Source: Candidatus Saccharimonadota bacterium
GTDB taxonomy: Bacteria > Pseudomonadota > Gammaproteobacteria > Enterobacterales > Enterobacteriaceae
Reading direction: 5' to 3'
Assembly: GCF_014857065.1 (NCBI RefSeq)
Contig: NZ_CP046533.1
Location: 30,001 to 62,000, forward strand
Length of the DNA stretch: 32,000 bases
How positions within the stretch are numbered: position 1 is the first letter of the stretch; every line of letters begins with the position of its first letter. The position numbers and the translations under genes are program-made. The notes beneath the pieces are model-generated. The model was given only the letters and a program-made list of their open reading frames with translations, made no database searches and was not told the origin of the DNA. Below are positions 9,688-19,287 of the stretch, in pieces.

Positions 9688-10239
9688 ATGTATTTAAATA
9701 TACCTACTTGGTTGACTTTATCGCGTATCATTGTAACGCCGTTTTTTGTTTTAGTTTTTTATTTGCCCTTTCATTGGTGTCCTTTAGTTTGTTCGTTAAT
9801 ATTTTTTACTGCAGCAATTACCGATTGGTTTGATGGATTTTTGGCGCGCCGTTGGCGACAGATTACTAATTTTGGAACTTTTCTTGATCCAGTTGCAGAT
9901 AAAATTATGGTTGTAATAGCTTTAATTTTAATAGCGGAATATTTTCATGTATGGTGGATTACATTACCTACTGTTGTCATAGTTATACGCGAAATTATTA
10001 TTTCTGCATTACGTGGATGGTTAGCTGAATTAAATTCTTGTTTTAGAATATCTGTATCATGTATTGCAAAAGTTAAAACTGTTATTTTAATGTTAGCATT
10101 AATAGTATTATTGTGGCATCCTCATGTTTGGATAGTTAATATAGGTGTAATCATATTATATTTAGCAATGTTATTAACTTTTTGGTCCATGTTTCAATAT
10201 TTAAATGCAGCTTGTTTTAATTTATTTAAAATTCGTTAA
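9688..10239 (+). CDS. pgsA: CDP-diacylglycerol--glycerol-3-phosphate 3-phosphatidyltransferase
   Basis: The 183-aa ORF is colinear with E. coli PgsA (182 aa). It carries the CDP-alcohol phosphotransferase motif [11 protein letters not shown]...[10 protein letters not shown]. Confidence 0.94.
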   Translation: MYLNIPTWLTLSRIIVTPFFVLVFYLPFHWCPLVCSLIFFTAAITDWFDGFLARRWRQITNFGTFLDPVADKIMVVIALILIAEYFHVWWITLPTVVIVIREIIISALRGWLAELNSCFRISVSCIAKVKTVILMLALIVLLWHPHVWIVNIGVIILYLAMLLTFWSMFQYLNAACFNLFKIR

Positions 10240-10367
10240 TTTTTGTTTTAGGTAAAATTTTTACATATATTTTATTTATTATTTGAATATTTTGTAAGAA
10301 TATAATTGATAATTTTATTTGTTTGGTATAGTTTTCAATTTATAAATTTTATTTGTATCCTTTAGTT

Positions 10368-10439
10368 GGCGCGCTGGCAGAATGGTTGTGCAGCGGATTG
10401 CAAATCCGTTTTATTTCGGTTCAATTCCGAAGCGCGCCT
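10368..10439 (+). tRNA. cysT: tRNA-Cys (anticodon GCA), no encoded CCA
   Basis: Hand-folded 72-nt cloverleaf. The acceptor is GGCGCGC/GCGCGCC, the anticodon stem GCGGA/TCCGT with loop TTGCAAA, and the T-arm TTCGG-TTCAATT-CCGAA. The discriminator is U, as in E. coli tRNA-Cys. Confidence 0.9.
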
Positions 10440-10470
10440 TTTTGTTGAAAATATGATTAATACATTAAAA

Positions 10471-10554
10471 GCCCGGGTGGTGGAATTAGGTAGACACAAG
10501 GGACTTAAAATCCCTCGGTTTTATGCCGTACGAGTTCAAGTCTCGTCCCGGGTA
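10471..10554 (+). tRNA. leuZ: tRNA-Leu (anticodon UAA), class II, no encoded CCA
   Basis: The gene starts GCCCGGGTGGTGGAATTAGGTAGACACAAGGGACTTAAAATCCCT and ends CGAGTTCAAGTCTCGTCCCGGGTA. It aligns to E. coli leuZ, including the G1-U72 pair. The anticodon loop CTTAAAA gives anticodon TAA. It follows cysT as in E. coli. Confidence 0.9.
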
Positions 10555-10776
10555 AAATTTGTATTATAAAAGAATAATGTAATTTTTTTTATTTAAATGT
10601 TTATTTTATAGAATTTGATAATTTATAGTTGAGTATGTATATTTTTTATGAATTAGGGTATTTATATAAGGTAAAAATCAGTAAAAGGTATGCATTTCTT
10701 AAAAGCTTCATCTTTTGTGTTATTTATTTTATTTTGCATGATTTATTATATTTGCTTATTTTTTAGTTTTTATTTT

Positions 10777-11697
10777 TTAATAAAAAGAAGATTTTCCTGT
10801 TGGACGTGTTTTAAAACGTCGATGTAGCCACATGTATTGTTCTGGAGCTAATAAAATAGATTTCTCTATTATTTTATTGATGTTTTTTATTATCGTTAAA
10901 CGATCATTTAAAGGGGTTATATTTTCATTGGGTAAAATTAATAATTCATAACCAGATCCATTAGGTAAGCGTCGAGGTATAAATGTTATGATTGCGGGAT
11001 TACTTAATTTAATTAGGATATATGTTCCTATAGTAGTTGCTGCGTGAGATACGGCAAATAATTTTGTAAATATACTATTTTTTGGTCCGTAGTCGTGATC
11101 TGGAGCATACCAAATTGTTTCTCCATCCTTTAAAGCTCGAAGCATAGCTTTAAGGTTTTTGTTATGAATCATATATTTATTGGATCTCAAACGTCCCCGA
11201 GTTTGTAACCATTCTAATAAAGCATTGTTATTTGGCCTATATACACCTACTCCTGGGTTAAAAATACCGAAAGTACGCGCTCCCAATTCAAGAGTTAAAA
11301 AATGTACACCAATTAGTAATATGCCATTATGTTTTTTGTATGCATTAATGATATGTTGAAAACCATTAATTTTGCACCAACGTTTAATGCGCCAATTAGG
11401 CCAAAACCATGCCATTCCAGTTTCTAGTATCCCCATTCCAATCGATTCACAATTTTTTTGCAAAAGATTTCTTTTTTCATCTGTTGCTAAATTAGGAAAA
11501 CATAATTGTAAATTACGATTTATAATATTTATGCGGTATTTTATAAAGTATTTTGCTAAATGACCTAATTTAGTTCCGCAATAGTATATTATGGGATATG
11601 GTAATAATACTAATAAATACAAGATAACTATACCTATCCATATTAACCAATATTTGGGGTGTAAGAAAGAAATTTTAAAAACGGATTTATTTATCAT
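10777..11697 (-). CDS. lpxL: lipid A biosynthesis lauroyl acyltransferase
   Basis: The 306-aa ORF is the same length as E. coli LpxL/HtrB. It has the HX4E acyltransferase motif in GVHFLTLELGAR, plus YAPDHDYGP and PEQYMWLHRRFKTRP. Confidence 0.94.
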   Translation of the reverse strand: MINKSVFKISFLHPKYWLIWIGIVILYLLVLLPYPIIYYCGTKLGHLAKYFIKYRINIINRNLQLCFPNLATDEKRNLLQKNCESIGMGILETGMAWFWPNWRIKRWCKINGFQHIINAYKKHNGILLIGVHFLTLELGARTFGIFNPGVGVYRPNNNALLEWLQTRGRLRSNKYMIHNKNLKAMLRALKDGETIWYAPDHDYGPKNSIFTKLFAVSHAATTIGTYILIKLSNPAIITFIPRRLPNGSGYELLILPNENITPLNDRLTIIKNINKIIEKSILLAPEQYMWLHRRFKTRPTGKSSFY

Positions 11698-11993
11698 ATT
11701 ATAAATAGTCTTACAAATAAGTTTAAATTAATATTTTAATGAATAATGTTTAGTTTTTTTGAATATTTATTTTTCTATAAAGTAATAGCGCTTAATTTAA
11801 TTATATTGTAAATATAATATATTAGCGTTTAATTATGTTAAATTATATTAAATTACCATGCCATTTGTTTATAAATTTAAATTTATGAAAGTTTACCAGA
11901 TTGTTTTATTTTATATATAAATGAAATAAAATTAAAGATTGATCGGATATTATATAAAAATTTTAAAAAATTTTGTTTTTTATTTTCTATCTT

Positions 11994-12018
11994 AAATATA
12001 GATTATTAATCTATATTT
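11994..12018. repeat. 25-bp perfect palindrome (12+1+12)
   Basis: The sequence is AAATATAGATTA T TAATCTATATTT, checked pair by pair. It lies inside the 708-bp ORF-free lpxL-rne spacer. It is only marginally unexpected given the AT bias. Confidence 0.6.
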
Positions 12019-12405
12019 TAACGTATATTACAAACTATTTTCTTAATTTAGCAACTGTCAGAAATAAGCGATAGTTATTATTAATCAAAACAAAATTTTG
12101 TAATCCCATGATTATTCGTATATTTATATATAAATATTAAACAAAAGTTATCTATTTTAATCTTGGTTGAGATGATTTATAATTTTATATTTTAATGTTT
12201 TGATTTATAATGTATTATTTCAGCACAGAATAATTTAAGATTTTGTATATCGTAAATAAATGACGAAGGTGTGTTTTTGATTTTTATTTTGTTTCAATGG
12301 ATTAAAGAAAACTATTTATTCTACAATTCAATTGAACATTATCACTAAATATCGTATTAATTTCATTATTTAATATTTATTGTTTATACTCTTATTTTTG
12401 AAATT

Positions 12406-14169
12406 TCATATTTTATTAAAATAAATATTTATCAAATTAAATTTTTTTATTAAATATCTTAATAAAGTATAGAACAATTCTATTGTTGGTCGCATTTTCT
12501 TTTTTTTATTTTTTTTAATATTTTCGTTTAATTTAGCAATAGATAAAGTAAATTTATTATTATCAGAAATTCTATTTTCTATTTGTTTATAATATTTCCG
12601 ATCACGTTCCGTATTTATATGTTCTATTGTAGATGAATTAACATCTATCTCATGTAATTGAGGTAACAGGTAACTAGGAGCTGCTGCTTCTTCACCCTTT
12701 TTTATTCTTTTTACTGAATAATTTGGAGTCTGCATTTGATCATTAGGTACTATAATGGTACGAATGCCACCTTGACGTTTTTCTATTTCATTTATTGCTT
12801 CTCGTTTCTCATTAAGTAAAAATGAAGCTATAGGTACTGGTACAATAGCGTGTATTTCACAGGTGTTTTCTTTCAGAGCTTCTTCTTCTATTAACCTTAG
12901 TATGGAGAGGGAAAGAGATTCATTGTCTCTAATGTTTCCTGTACCTCCACAACGTGGACATATATAGTGACTGGACTCGCCCAATGATGGACTAAGTCTT
13001 TGTCTGGATAGTTCTAATAACCCAAAACGGGATATGCGTCCTATTTGAATTCTAGCTCGATCTTGTCTTGATAATTCTCGCAAACAATTTTCAATTTCTC
13101 GTTGATTTTTTATTGATACCATATCAATAAAATCAATAACAATCAATCCTCCTAAATCGCGTAATCGCATTTGACGTGCAATTTCATCTGCTGCTTCCAT
13201 ATTAGTATTAAAAGCTGTTGTTGCAATATCAATTCCTCGGGTGGAACGTGAAGAATTTATATCTATAGCTGTTAGCGCTTCAGTGGAATCTATTACTATA
13301 GATCCTCCAGAAGGCAAACGTACTTCACGTTGAAAAGCAGATTCGATTTGAGATTCTATTTGATAATGACTAAATAATGGAACTTCTCCATGGTATAGTT
13401 TTATTTTTTTAATAAAATCCGGACGACCTAGAGCAGCAATATATTCTTTGGCTGAATTAAGTGCTTTAGGATTATCAATTAAAATTTCTCCTATATTTGG
13501 TCCTAAATAATCCCTAATAGCACGGGCTATGACATTGCTTTCTTGATAAATTAGGAAAGGTGCCGCGTTTCGTTCCGCAGCTTTTTTTATTGCTTGCCAA
13601 TGTTTCAGGCGAAAAGCTAAATCCCATTCTAATGCTTCCATAGTTTTTCCAATACCTGCAGTACGAACAATCAACCCCATTCCTTCAGGTAATTTTAACG
13701 AAGATAAAACTTCTTTTAACTCAATTCTATCATTACCTTCAATTCTGCGAGAAATACCTCCAGCTTTAGGGTTATTAGGCATAAGCACTAAGTAACTTCC
13801 AGCTAAACTTATAAATGTAGTTAATGCCGCTCCTTTATTACCTCTTTCTTCTTTATCTATTTGTACAATAATTTCTTGCCCTTCTTGTAATACATCTTTA
13901 ACACTATATTTATTGTTAGGAGAAAATTGTACAGGATAATATTCACGGGATATTTCTTTAAGAGGTAAAAATCCATTACGTTCGACCCCATAATCTATAA
14001 AAGCTGCTTCTAAGCTAGGTTCAACACGTGTAACTTTTCCCTTATAGATATTAGCTTTTTTTTGTTCATGTCCTAGAGTTTCAATATCTAAATCATATAA
14101 ACGTTGACCATCTACTAAAGCTACACGCAACTCTTCTTGTTGAGTAGCATTAATTAACATTCTTTTCAT
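12406..14169 (-). CDS. rne: ribonuclease E, catalytic N-terminal half only (587 aa; C-terminal scaffold absent)
   Basis: The track ORF (603 aa) has a 16-codon upstream extension. I place the start at the ATG at 14169 because [30 protein letters not shown] is identical to the E. coli Rne N-terminus. The protein is colinear with E. coli residues about 1-520, including the S1 domain, DNase I-like region and Zn-link CPRCGGTG. It ends after a roughly 65-aa K/N/I-rich tail. Confidence 0.95.
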   Translation of the reverse strand: MKRMLINATQQEELRVALVDGQRLYDLDIETLGHEQKKANIYKGKVTRVEPSLEAAFIDYGVERNGFLPLKEISREYYPVQFSPNNKYSVKDVLQEGQEIIVQIDKEERGNKGAALTTFISLAGSYLVLMPNNPKAGGISRRIEGNDRIELKEVLSSLKLPEGMGLIVRTAGIGKTMEALEWDLAFRLKHWQAIKKAAERNAAPFLIYQESNVIARAIRDYLGPNIGEILIDNPKALNSAKEYIAALGRPDFIKKIKLYHGEVPLFSHYQIESQIESAFQREVRLPSGGSIVIDSTEALTAIDINSSRSTRGIDIATTAFNTNMEAADEIARQMRLRDLGGLIVIDFIDMVSIKNQREIENCLRELSRQDRARIQIGRISRFGLLELSRQRLSPSLGESSHYICPRCGGTGNIRDNESLSLSILRLIEEEALKENTCEIHAIVPVPIASFLLNEKREAINEIEKRQGGIRTIIVPNDQMQTPNYSVKRIKKGEEAAAPSYLLPQLHEIDVNSSTIEHINTERDRKYYKQIENRISDNNKFTLSIAKLNENIKKNKKKKMRPTIELFYTLLRYLIKKFNLINIYFNKI

Positions 14170-14660
14170 TGTGATTATACTCAGTATTTGGTTTTCTATA
14201 ATCGGTATTAAGTACAAATATAATATAAATTGAAAATATTTTATTATTATTAACTTTGTTTGTCATATAATTAGATATAATTAAGTAGTAATTATTATTG
14301 ATTTTTTATTTAAATTAATTATATAAAAAAAATGTTTCGTTATATACAGTTCATATATAATTTATTTTTTGAAAAATTTGATTTTTTTCATTTTTGTTAT
14401 AATATTAGTAGATTTTTATTTCCTCTATATAAGATATAAATATTTAAAGTATTAAAATGCTATTATTGTGCTGTGTTTGAGCATTTGTTAATTTTACTCT
14501 AAGCAGTCTTAAGTTTTCTGATGAGGCCATAAATAAAATTTATTTGATACATTATGATATTATGATGTTTGTATATTAATAATGTTAATTGTGATAAAAG
14601 TGTTTTTAATAACTTTCTTAATCTACAAAATAATTTGAACAACTAAAAATTTTATTTAAG

Positions 14661-15647
14661 ATGTTATTTTATTTGATGAAAAATTGTATAAAAAATGTAA
14701 ATATAATTAATATTTCTTCCGAAAGGATCGGGCAAAGGGTTGATAATTTTTTACGTACTTATTTAAAAGGAGTGCCTAACAGCAAGATTTATCGCATTAT
14801 TAGAAAAGGTGGAATACGAATCAATGGGAAACGAATACCAGTAAGATATCGTTTGCAAAAAAATGATATTTTAAGAATTCCTCCTGTTAGGCAAGTAGTA
14901 AAAAAACAAAAAATAACTACTTTGTGTTCTTCTGTATATTTAAAAAACATTAATTTAATACGCAATTCTATCATTTATGAAGATGATTATTTGATGATAA
15001 TCAATAAACCTTCCGGTTTAGCTGTACATTCTGGTACTAAATTAAATTTTGGAATAATTGAAGGTCTACGTTTTTTACGTCCTACAGCAAATTTTCTAGA
15101 ACTAGTGCATAGATTAGATAAAGATACTTCTGGCTTATTATTGTTAGCTAAAAAACGATCTGCTTTATTAGAATTACATAAGCAATTTCATTTCAAAAAA
15201 ATACAAAAAAAATATTTGGTATTAGTAAGTGGTCAATGGCGTTCTTCCATAAGAGTTATTAATGTTCCATTATCAAGATGTATTTTGCCGGTGAATGGTT
15301 ATCGTTTTGTTTATGTTGACCAACAATCAGGTAAGTATGCAGAAACAAGGTTTTTGATAAAAGAAAGGTTTGATTTAGCAACATTAATCATTGCAACACC
15401 TATTACAGGTCGTACCCATCAAATACGAGTTCATACTCAATTTGTTGGACATCCTATTGCATTTGATAAACTTTATGGAAATAAAATATTTAATAAACGA
15501 TTTGAATCATATGGATTGAATAGATTATTTTTACATTCTTTTCTACTAAAATTTACTCATCCTAATAATGGGAAAATTGTATTTGTTAAAGCGCCATTAG
15601 ATGTTGCATTACAGAAATGTTTATATGTTTTGCGGGGAAATCAGTAA
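14661..15647 (+). CDS. rluC: 23S rRNA pseudouridine synthase RluC
   Basis: The ORF is colinear with E. coli RluC (319 aa). It has the S4-like segment GQRVDNFLRTYLKGVP, the catalytic HRLDKDTSGLLLLAKK and GRTHQIRVH. The start is ambiguous. The ATG at 14676 (MKNCIKN-VNI...) matches the E. coli N-terminal length better than the longest-ORF ATG at 14661. Confidence 0.92.
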   Translation: MLFYLMKNCIKNVNIINISSERIGQRVDNFLRTYLKGVPNSKIYRIIRKGGIRINGKRIPVRYRLQKNDILRIPPVRQVVKKQKITTLCSSVYLKNINLIRNSIIYEDDYLMIINKPSGLAVHSGTKLNFGIIEGLRFLRPTANFLELVHRLDKDTSGLLLLAKKRSALLELHKQFHFKKIQKKYLVLVSGQWRSSIRVINVPLSRCILPVNGYRFVYVDQQSGKYAETRFLIKERFDLATLIIATPITGRTHQIRVHTQFVGHPIAFDKLYGNKIFNKRFESYGLNRLFLHSFLLKFTHPNNGKIVFVKAPLDVALQKCLYVLRGNQ

Positions 15648-16115
15648 ATTTTAAGTATTATATGTGATTAAAATACATGATATTACAAATTATAATATTT
15701 GGGGTTAGTATTTTTATTTATTTAAAAGTAGTTTTGTAACAAAATTATTATGAAATAATATTTATTCTTTTAAATATTTAATCTAAAATTTAGAACGTTA
15801 GCTTTTAGTTTTTAGTTTGTATTTTATGATTGTTATGGAGATTAAGTTCAGATTGATATATTATTATCCTTTGTTGTATTCTAAAATTTGTTTGTAATAT
15901 CAAAATATGTTTAGATACTTGTTATAATGCAATCACTGATTGGTAGGTTCAGTTTTTTACAAGAGAGTAATATTTTGAAAATTATTAAAATTGATAAGTT
16001 CATTGTTTATTATATAAAACGTTTTAAATTATTTTTTGATTTTAAGTTGTAATTTTAATTATATTTGTGATTATTTTAGTGGTTAATTATTTTTAAAAAA
16101 AAAGGAGAAAATCTT

Positions 16116-16286
16116 ATGGCTGTACAACAGAATAAACCAACTAGAGCTAAGCGTGGTATGCGACGTTCTCATGATGCATTAACTTTTGCTGCTATATCAG
16201 TAGACAGTGATTCTGGTAAGGTGCATCGTCGGCATCATATTACTAGTGATGGTTTTTATCGCGGCCGGAAAGTCATTAAAAAATAA
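16116..16286 (+). CDS. rpmF: 50S ribosomal protein L32
   Basis: This gene is not in the ORF track because it is 56 aa. My hand translation is [57 protein letters not shown]. coli L32 begins [23 protein letters not shown] strong SD, AGGAG, sits at 16103-16107. Confidence 0.95.
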   Translation: MAVQQNKPTRAKRGMRRSHDALTFAAISVDSDSGKVHRRHHITSDGFYRGRKVIKK

Positions 16287-16317
16287 AGTTAGTTATATAT
16301 TTTAAGGATAATTAATT

Positions 16318-17355
16318 TTGAGACGTCTAACTCTCGCATTAGACGCAATGGGTGGCGATTTTGGCCCTACTGTTACGATACCCGCAGCTATAAGAGCTTT
16401 GGACCTGTATCCTCAACTTGAGTTATTGGTTGTTGGTAATTCTGATGTGATTCATTCTACTTTAGTAAAAGTAAAATGTAATTTTTTGAAACGAATAACC
16501 GTTGTTCCTACGGAATTAGTTATTAGTAGTGAGATTAAGCCTTCACAAGCTATTCGAGTAAGTCGTGGTACTTCAATGCGTGTTTCTCTCGAACTTATTA
16601 AAAATGGTCATGCAAAAGCTTGTATCAGCGCTGGAAATACTGGTGCTCTAATGGGGTTAGCAAAATTAGTATTAAAATCAATAAGAGGTATTAATAGGCC
16701 TGCACTGACAGTAGTATTGCCAAATTATAAAAAAGGTAAAACTGTTGTATTGGATTTAGGTGCTAATTTAGAATGTAATGCTTCAATGTTAATGCAATTT
16801 GCTATTATGGGTTCTGTTTTAGCAGAACAAATTATTGGAGTAAAAGATCCACGAGTAGCATTGTTAAATATCGGAGAAGAAGAAATAAAAGGATTAAATA
16901 ACATTCGACAAGCTGCAGAAATGCTACGTAATACTGCATTAATTCATTATATAGGATATCTTGAAGCTAATGAATTATTAATGGGTAAAACTGATGTGTT
17001 AGTTTGTGATGGATTTATTGGCAATATCACATTGAAAACTATGGAAGGAGTGATAAAAGTTTTTCTTTCTTTACTAAGAGATTCAGGACGTAGTATTAAA
17101 CCAAAATGGCTAGCGCAATGGGTGAATGGTTGGATAAAAAGACGCTTAGTGAATCAATTTAGTCAATTACACCCTGATCGATATAACGGGGCCTGTTTGT
17201 TAGGATTAAAGGGTACTGTAATTAAAAGTCATGGGGCAGCAAACGAACACGCATTTACTGCTGCTATTATACAGGCAATGCAAGCAGTAGAGTATCAGAT
17301 ACCAGAAAAAATAGCTGTTCGTTTGGATACAGTTTTGCCAAAAAGTAACAATTAA
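16318..17355 (+). CDS. plsX: phosphate acyltransferase PlsX
   Basis: The 345-aa ORF begins with TTG at 16318. The product (M)[16 protein letters not shown] aligns residue for residue with E. coli MTRLTLALDVMGGDFGP. An SD, AAGGA, sits at 16304-16308. It also has [10 protein letters not shown] and [15 protein letters not shown]. Confidence 0.94.
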   Translation: MRRLTLALDAMGGDFGPTVTIPAAIRALDLYPQLELLVVGNSDVIHSTLVKVKCNFLKRITVVPTELVISSEIKPSQAIRVSRGTSMRVSLELIKNGHAKACISAGNTGALMGLAKLVLKSIRGINRPALTVVLPNYKKGKTVVLDLGANLECNASMLMQFAIMGSVLAEQIIGVKDPRVALLNIGEEEIKGLNNIRQAAEMLRNTALIHYIGYLEANELLMGKTDVLVCDGFIGNITLKTMEGVIKVFLSLLRDSGRSIKPKWLAQWVNGWIKRRLVNQFSQLHPDRYNGACLLGLKGTVIKSHGAANEHAFTAAIIQAMQAVEYQIPEKIAVRLDTVLPKSNN

Positions 17356-17365
17356 AAGCATATAC

Positions 17366-18319
17366 ATGTTTACTAAAATTATCGGAACAGGAAGTTACCT
17401 TCCTGTTCATGTTCGACCTAATGCTGCTCTAGAAAAAATGATTGATACATCGGATGAATGGATTGTTACTCGAACAGGCATAAGAGAGCGAAGGATTTCT
17501 AACGCTGATGAAACCGTATCTAATATGGGGCGTTATGCTGCTAAAAGAGCATTAGAAATGGCTGGTATTTCAGCAGATAAAATTGGTATCATTATTGTAG
17601 CTACTACATCTGCTAGTCATGCTTTTCCTAGTTCAGCTTGTCAAATTCAACGCGATTTAAAGATGGGAGATAGCATAGCTTTTGATTTATCAGCAGCTTG
17701 TGCTGGGTTTGCTTATGCTTTAAGTGTAGCTGATCAATATATTAAAAATAGTATGACAAAGTATGCGCTAGTAATAGGTTCAGATGTTCTTAGTCATGCA
17801 TTAAATCCTAAAGATCGAAGTACATTAGTTTTGTTTGGTGATGGTGCAGGGGCAGTATTGTTAAGTTCTTCTCAAAATCCTGGTATTATTTCTACTCATT
17901 TGCATGCTGATGGTCGTTACAGTAATTTACTAACTCTTCCCTATTATAATCGGGTATATCCTAAATCTTCTAATTATTTAACAATGTCTGGTGGAGAAGT
18001 TTTTAAGATAGCAGTAACTGTTTTAACTCATATCGTGAATGAAACCATGAATGCTAATAATCTTGATCTTAATCAATTAGATTGGTTGATACCCCATCAA
18101 GCAAATATTCGTATTATATCTGCAGCTACAAAACGCTTGGGTATGAAAATGGACAAAGTTGTGATAACTTTAGATAGACATGGCAATACGTCTGCTGCTT
18201 CTATACCATTAGCGTTAGATGAAGCGGTACGTGATGGACGTATTAAATCTGGACAATTAGTTTTATTAGAAGCATTTGGTGCTGGACTTACTTGGGGTTC
18301 AGTATTGTTAAGATTCTAA
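17366..18319 (+). CDS. fabH: 3-oxoacyl-ACP synthase III
   Basis: The 317-aa ORF is the same length as E. coli FabH. It has the active-site Cys in [11 protein letters not shown], then PHQANIRII and [25 protein letters not shown]. Confidence 0.96.
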   Translation: MFTKIIGTGSYLPVHVRPNAALEKMIDTSDEWIVTRTGIRERRISNADETVSNMGRYAAKRALEMAGISADKIGIIIVATTSASHAFPSSACQIQRDLKMGDSIAFDLSAACAGFAYALSVADQYIKNSMTKYALVIGSDVLSHALNPKDRSTLVLFGDGAGAVLLSSSQNPGIISTHLHADGRYSNLLTLPYYNRVYPKSSNYLTMSGGEVFKIAVTVLTHIVNETMNANNLDLNQLDWLIPHQANIRIISAATKRLGMKMDKVVITLDRHGNTSAASIPLALDEAVRDGRIKSGQLVLLEAFGAGLTWGSVLLRF

Positions 18320-18345
18320 TTTTAAATATTAGGAGTTAATAAATT

Positions 18346-19278
18346 GTGTTAGGTATGATGTTTCCTGGGCAAGGATCTCAAATGATTGGTATGTTAAAAC
18401 AACTTGCAGAAATTTATTCTTTAGTTGAAGGCACTTTTGAAGAAGCAGCAGACGTATTGAAATATGACTTGTGGAATTTAGTACAACGAGGTCCAATTGA
18501 AGAGTTAAGTAAGACATGGAGAGCTCAACCAGCAATTTTAGCTGCTTCTATTTCTATTTGGCGAATCTGGAAACAGCAAGGAGGAAAAAATCCTGAATTG
18601 ATGGCTGGTCATAGTTTAGGAGAATATTCTGCGTTGGTTTGTTCTGGTGTAATAAATTTTGTAGATGCTATTCAATTAGTAGAATTGCGTGGTAGATTAA
18701 TGCAGGAAGCAGTACCTATTGGTTGCGGAGCCATGGCTGCCATTATTGGTTTGGACGATAATATTGTTTTGAGCGCTTGTATTCAAGAAAAACGAGATCA
18801 AATTGTTTCAATATCAAGCTTTAATGCTTCTGATCAAGTAGTTATTTCCGGTCATAAGGAAGCAGTACAACGGGTGATGATTATATGTAAAAAATTAGGT
18901 GCTAAAAAAATCTTTTTGTTGCCTATAAGTGTTCCTTCTCATTGTGAATTAATGAGATCGATTGCAATAAAATTAGCTAATAATCTTAACAAAGTTAATT
19001 TTTGTGTACCAAAAATTCCAGTAGTGAACAATGTTGACGTATATATTGAACAAAACCCGATTTATATTCGTCGAGCATTAATTAGACAATTATATCAGCC
19101 AGTACGTTGGATGGACATTTTAAGATATTTAATACATCAAGGTGTTGATGTATTATTGGAATTGGGTCCTGGAAAAATTTTGACAAGTTTAGCAAAGCGT
19201 AGTTTTGATTCTTTGTTTGTTTTGTCTATAAATAATCCAGAGGCATTAAGTAAGTCTATTACACACAATTATTATTGA
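18346..19278 (+). CDS. fabD: malonyl-CoA:ACP transacylase
   Basis: The 310-aa ORF is colinear with E. coli FabD (309 aa). It has FPGQGSQ, the nucleophile motif GHSLGEYSALV, and VSVPSHCELM. I infer a GTG start at 18346, 10 nt after the SD AGGAG (18331-18335). The in-frame ATGs at 18355 and 18358 are alternatives. Confidence 0.94.
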   Translation: MLGMMFPGQGSQMIGMLKQLAEIYSLVEGTFEEAADVLKYDLWNLVQRGPIEELSKTWRAQPAILAASISIWRIWKQQGGKNPELMAGHSLGEYSALVCSGVINFVDAIQLVELRGRLMQEAVPIGCGAMAAIIGLDDNIVLSACIQEKRDQIVSISSFNASDQVVISGHKEAVQRVMIICKKLGAKKIFLLPISVPSHCELMRSIAIKLANNLNKVNFCVPKIPVVNNVDVYIEQNPIYIRRALIRQLYQPVRWMDILRYLIHQGVDVLLELGPGKILTSLAKRSFDSLFVLSINNPEALSKSITHNYY

Positions 19279-19287
19279 GGTAAATAA

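Noticed and set aside
10366-10569. 67-aa plus-strand ORF (MARWQNGCAADCKS...)
   Set aside because: It is read straight through the tRNA-Cys and tRNA-Leu genes. Its relatively GC-rich, non-biased composition comes from the tRNA sequences, not from coding.
14170-14217. Upstream extensions of track ORFs for rne (to 14217), acpP (from 20145), holB (from 22300) and ycfH (from 23285)
   Set aside because: The E. coli N-termini ([34 protein letters not shown]) align exactly with internal ATGs. The extensions are unconserved and AT-driven, and two of them begin at GTG.
15920-15928. Perfect extended -10 consensus TGTTATAAT about 190 nt upstream of rpmF
   Set aside because: By my rough estimate, at this base composition the 9-mer pattern should occur several times per strand in 32 kb by chance, and there is no good -35. 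I mention it as a candidate inside a finding but do not call it as a feature.
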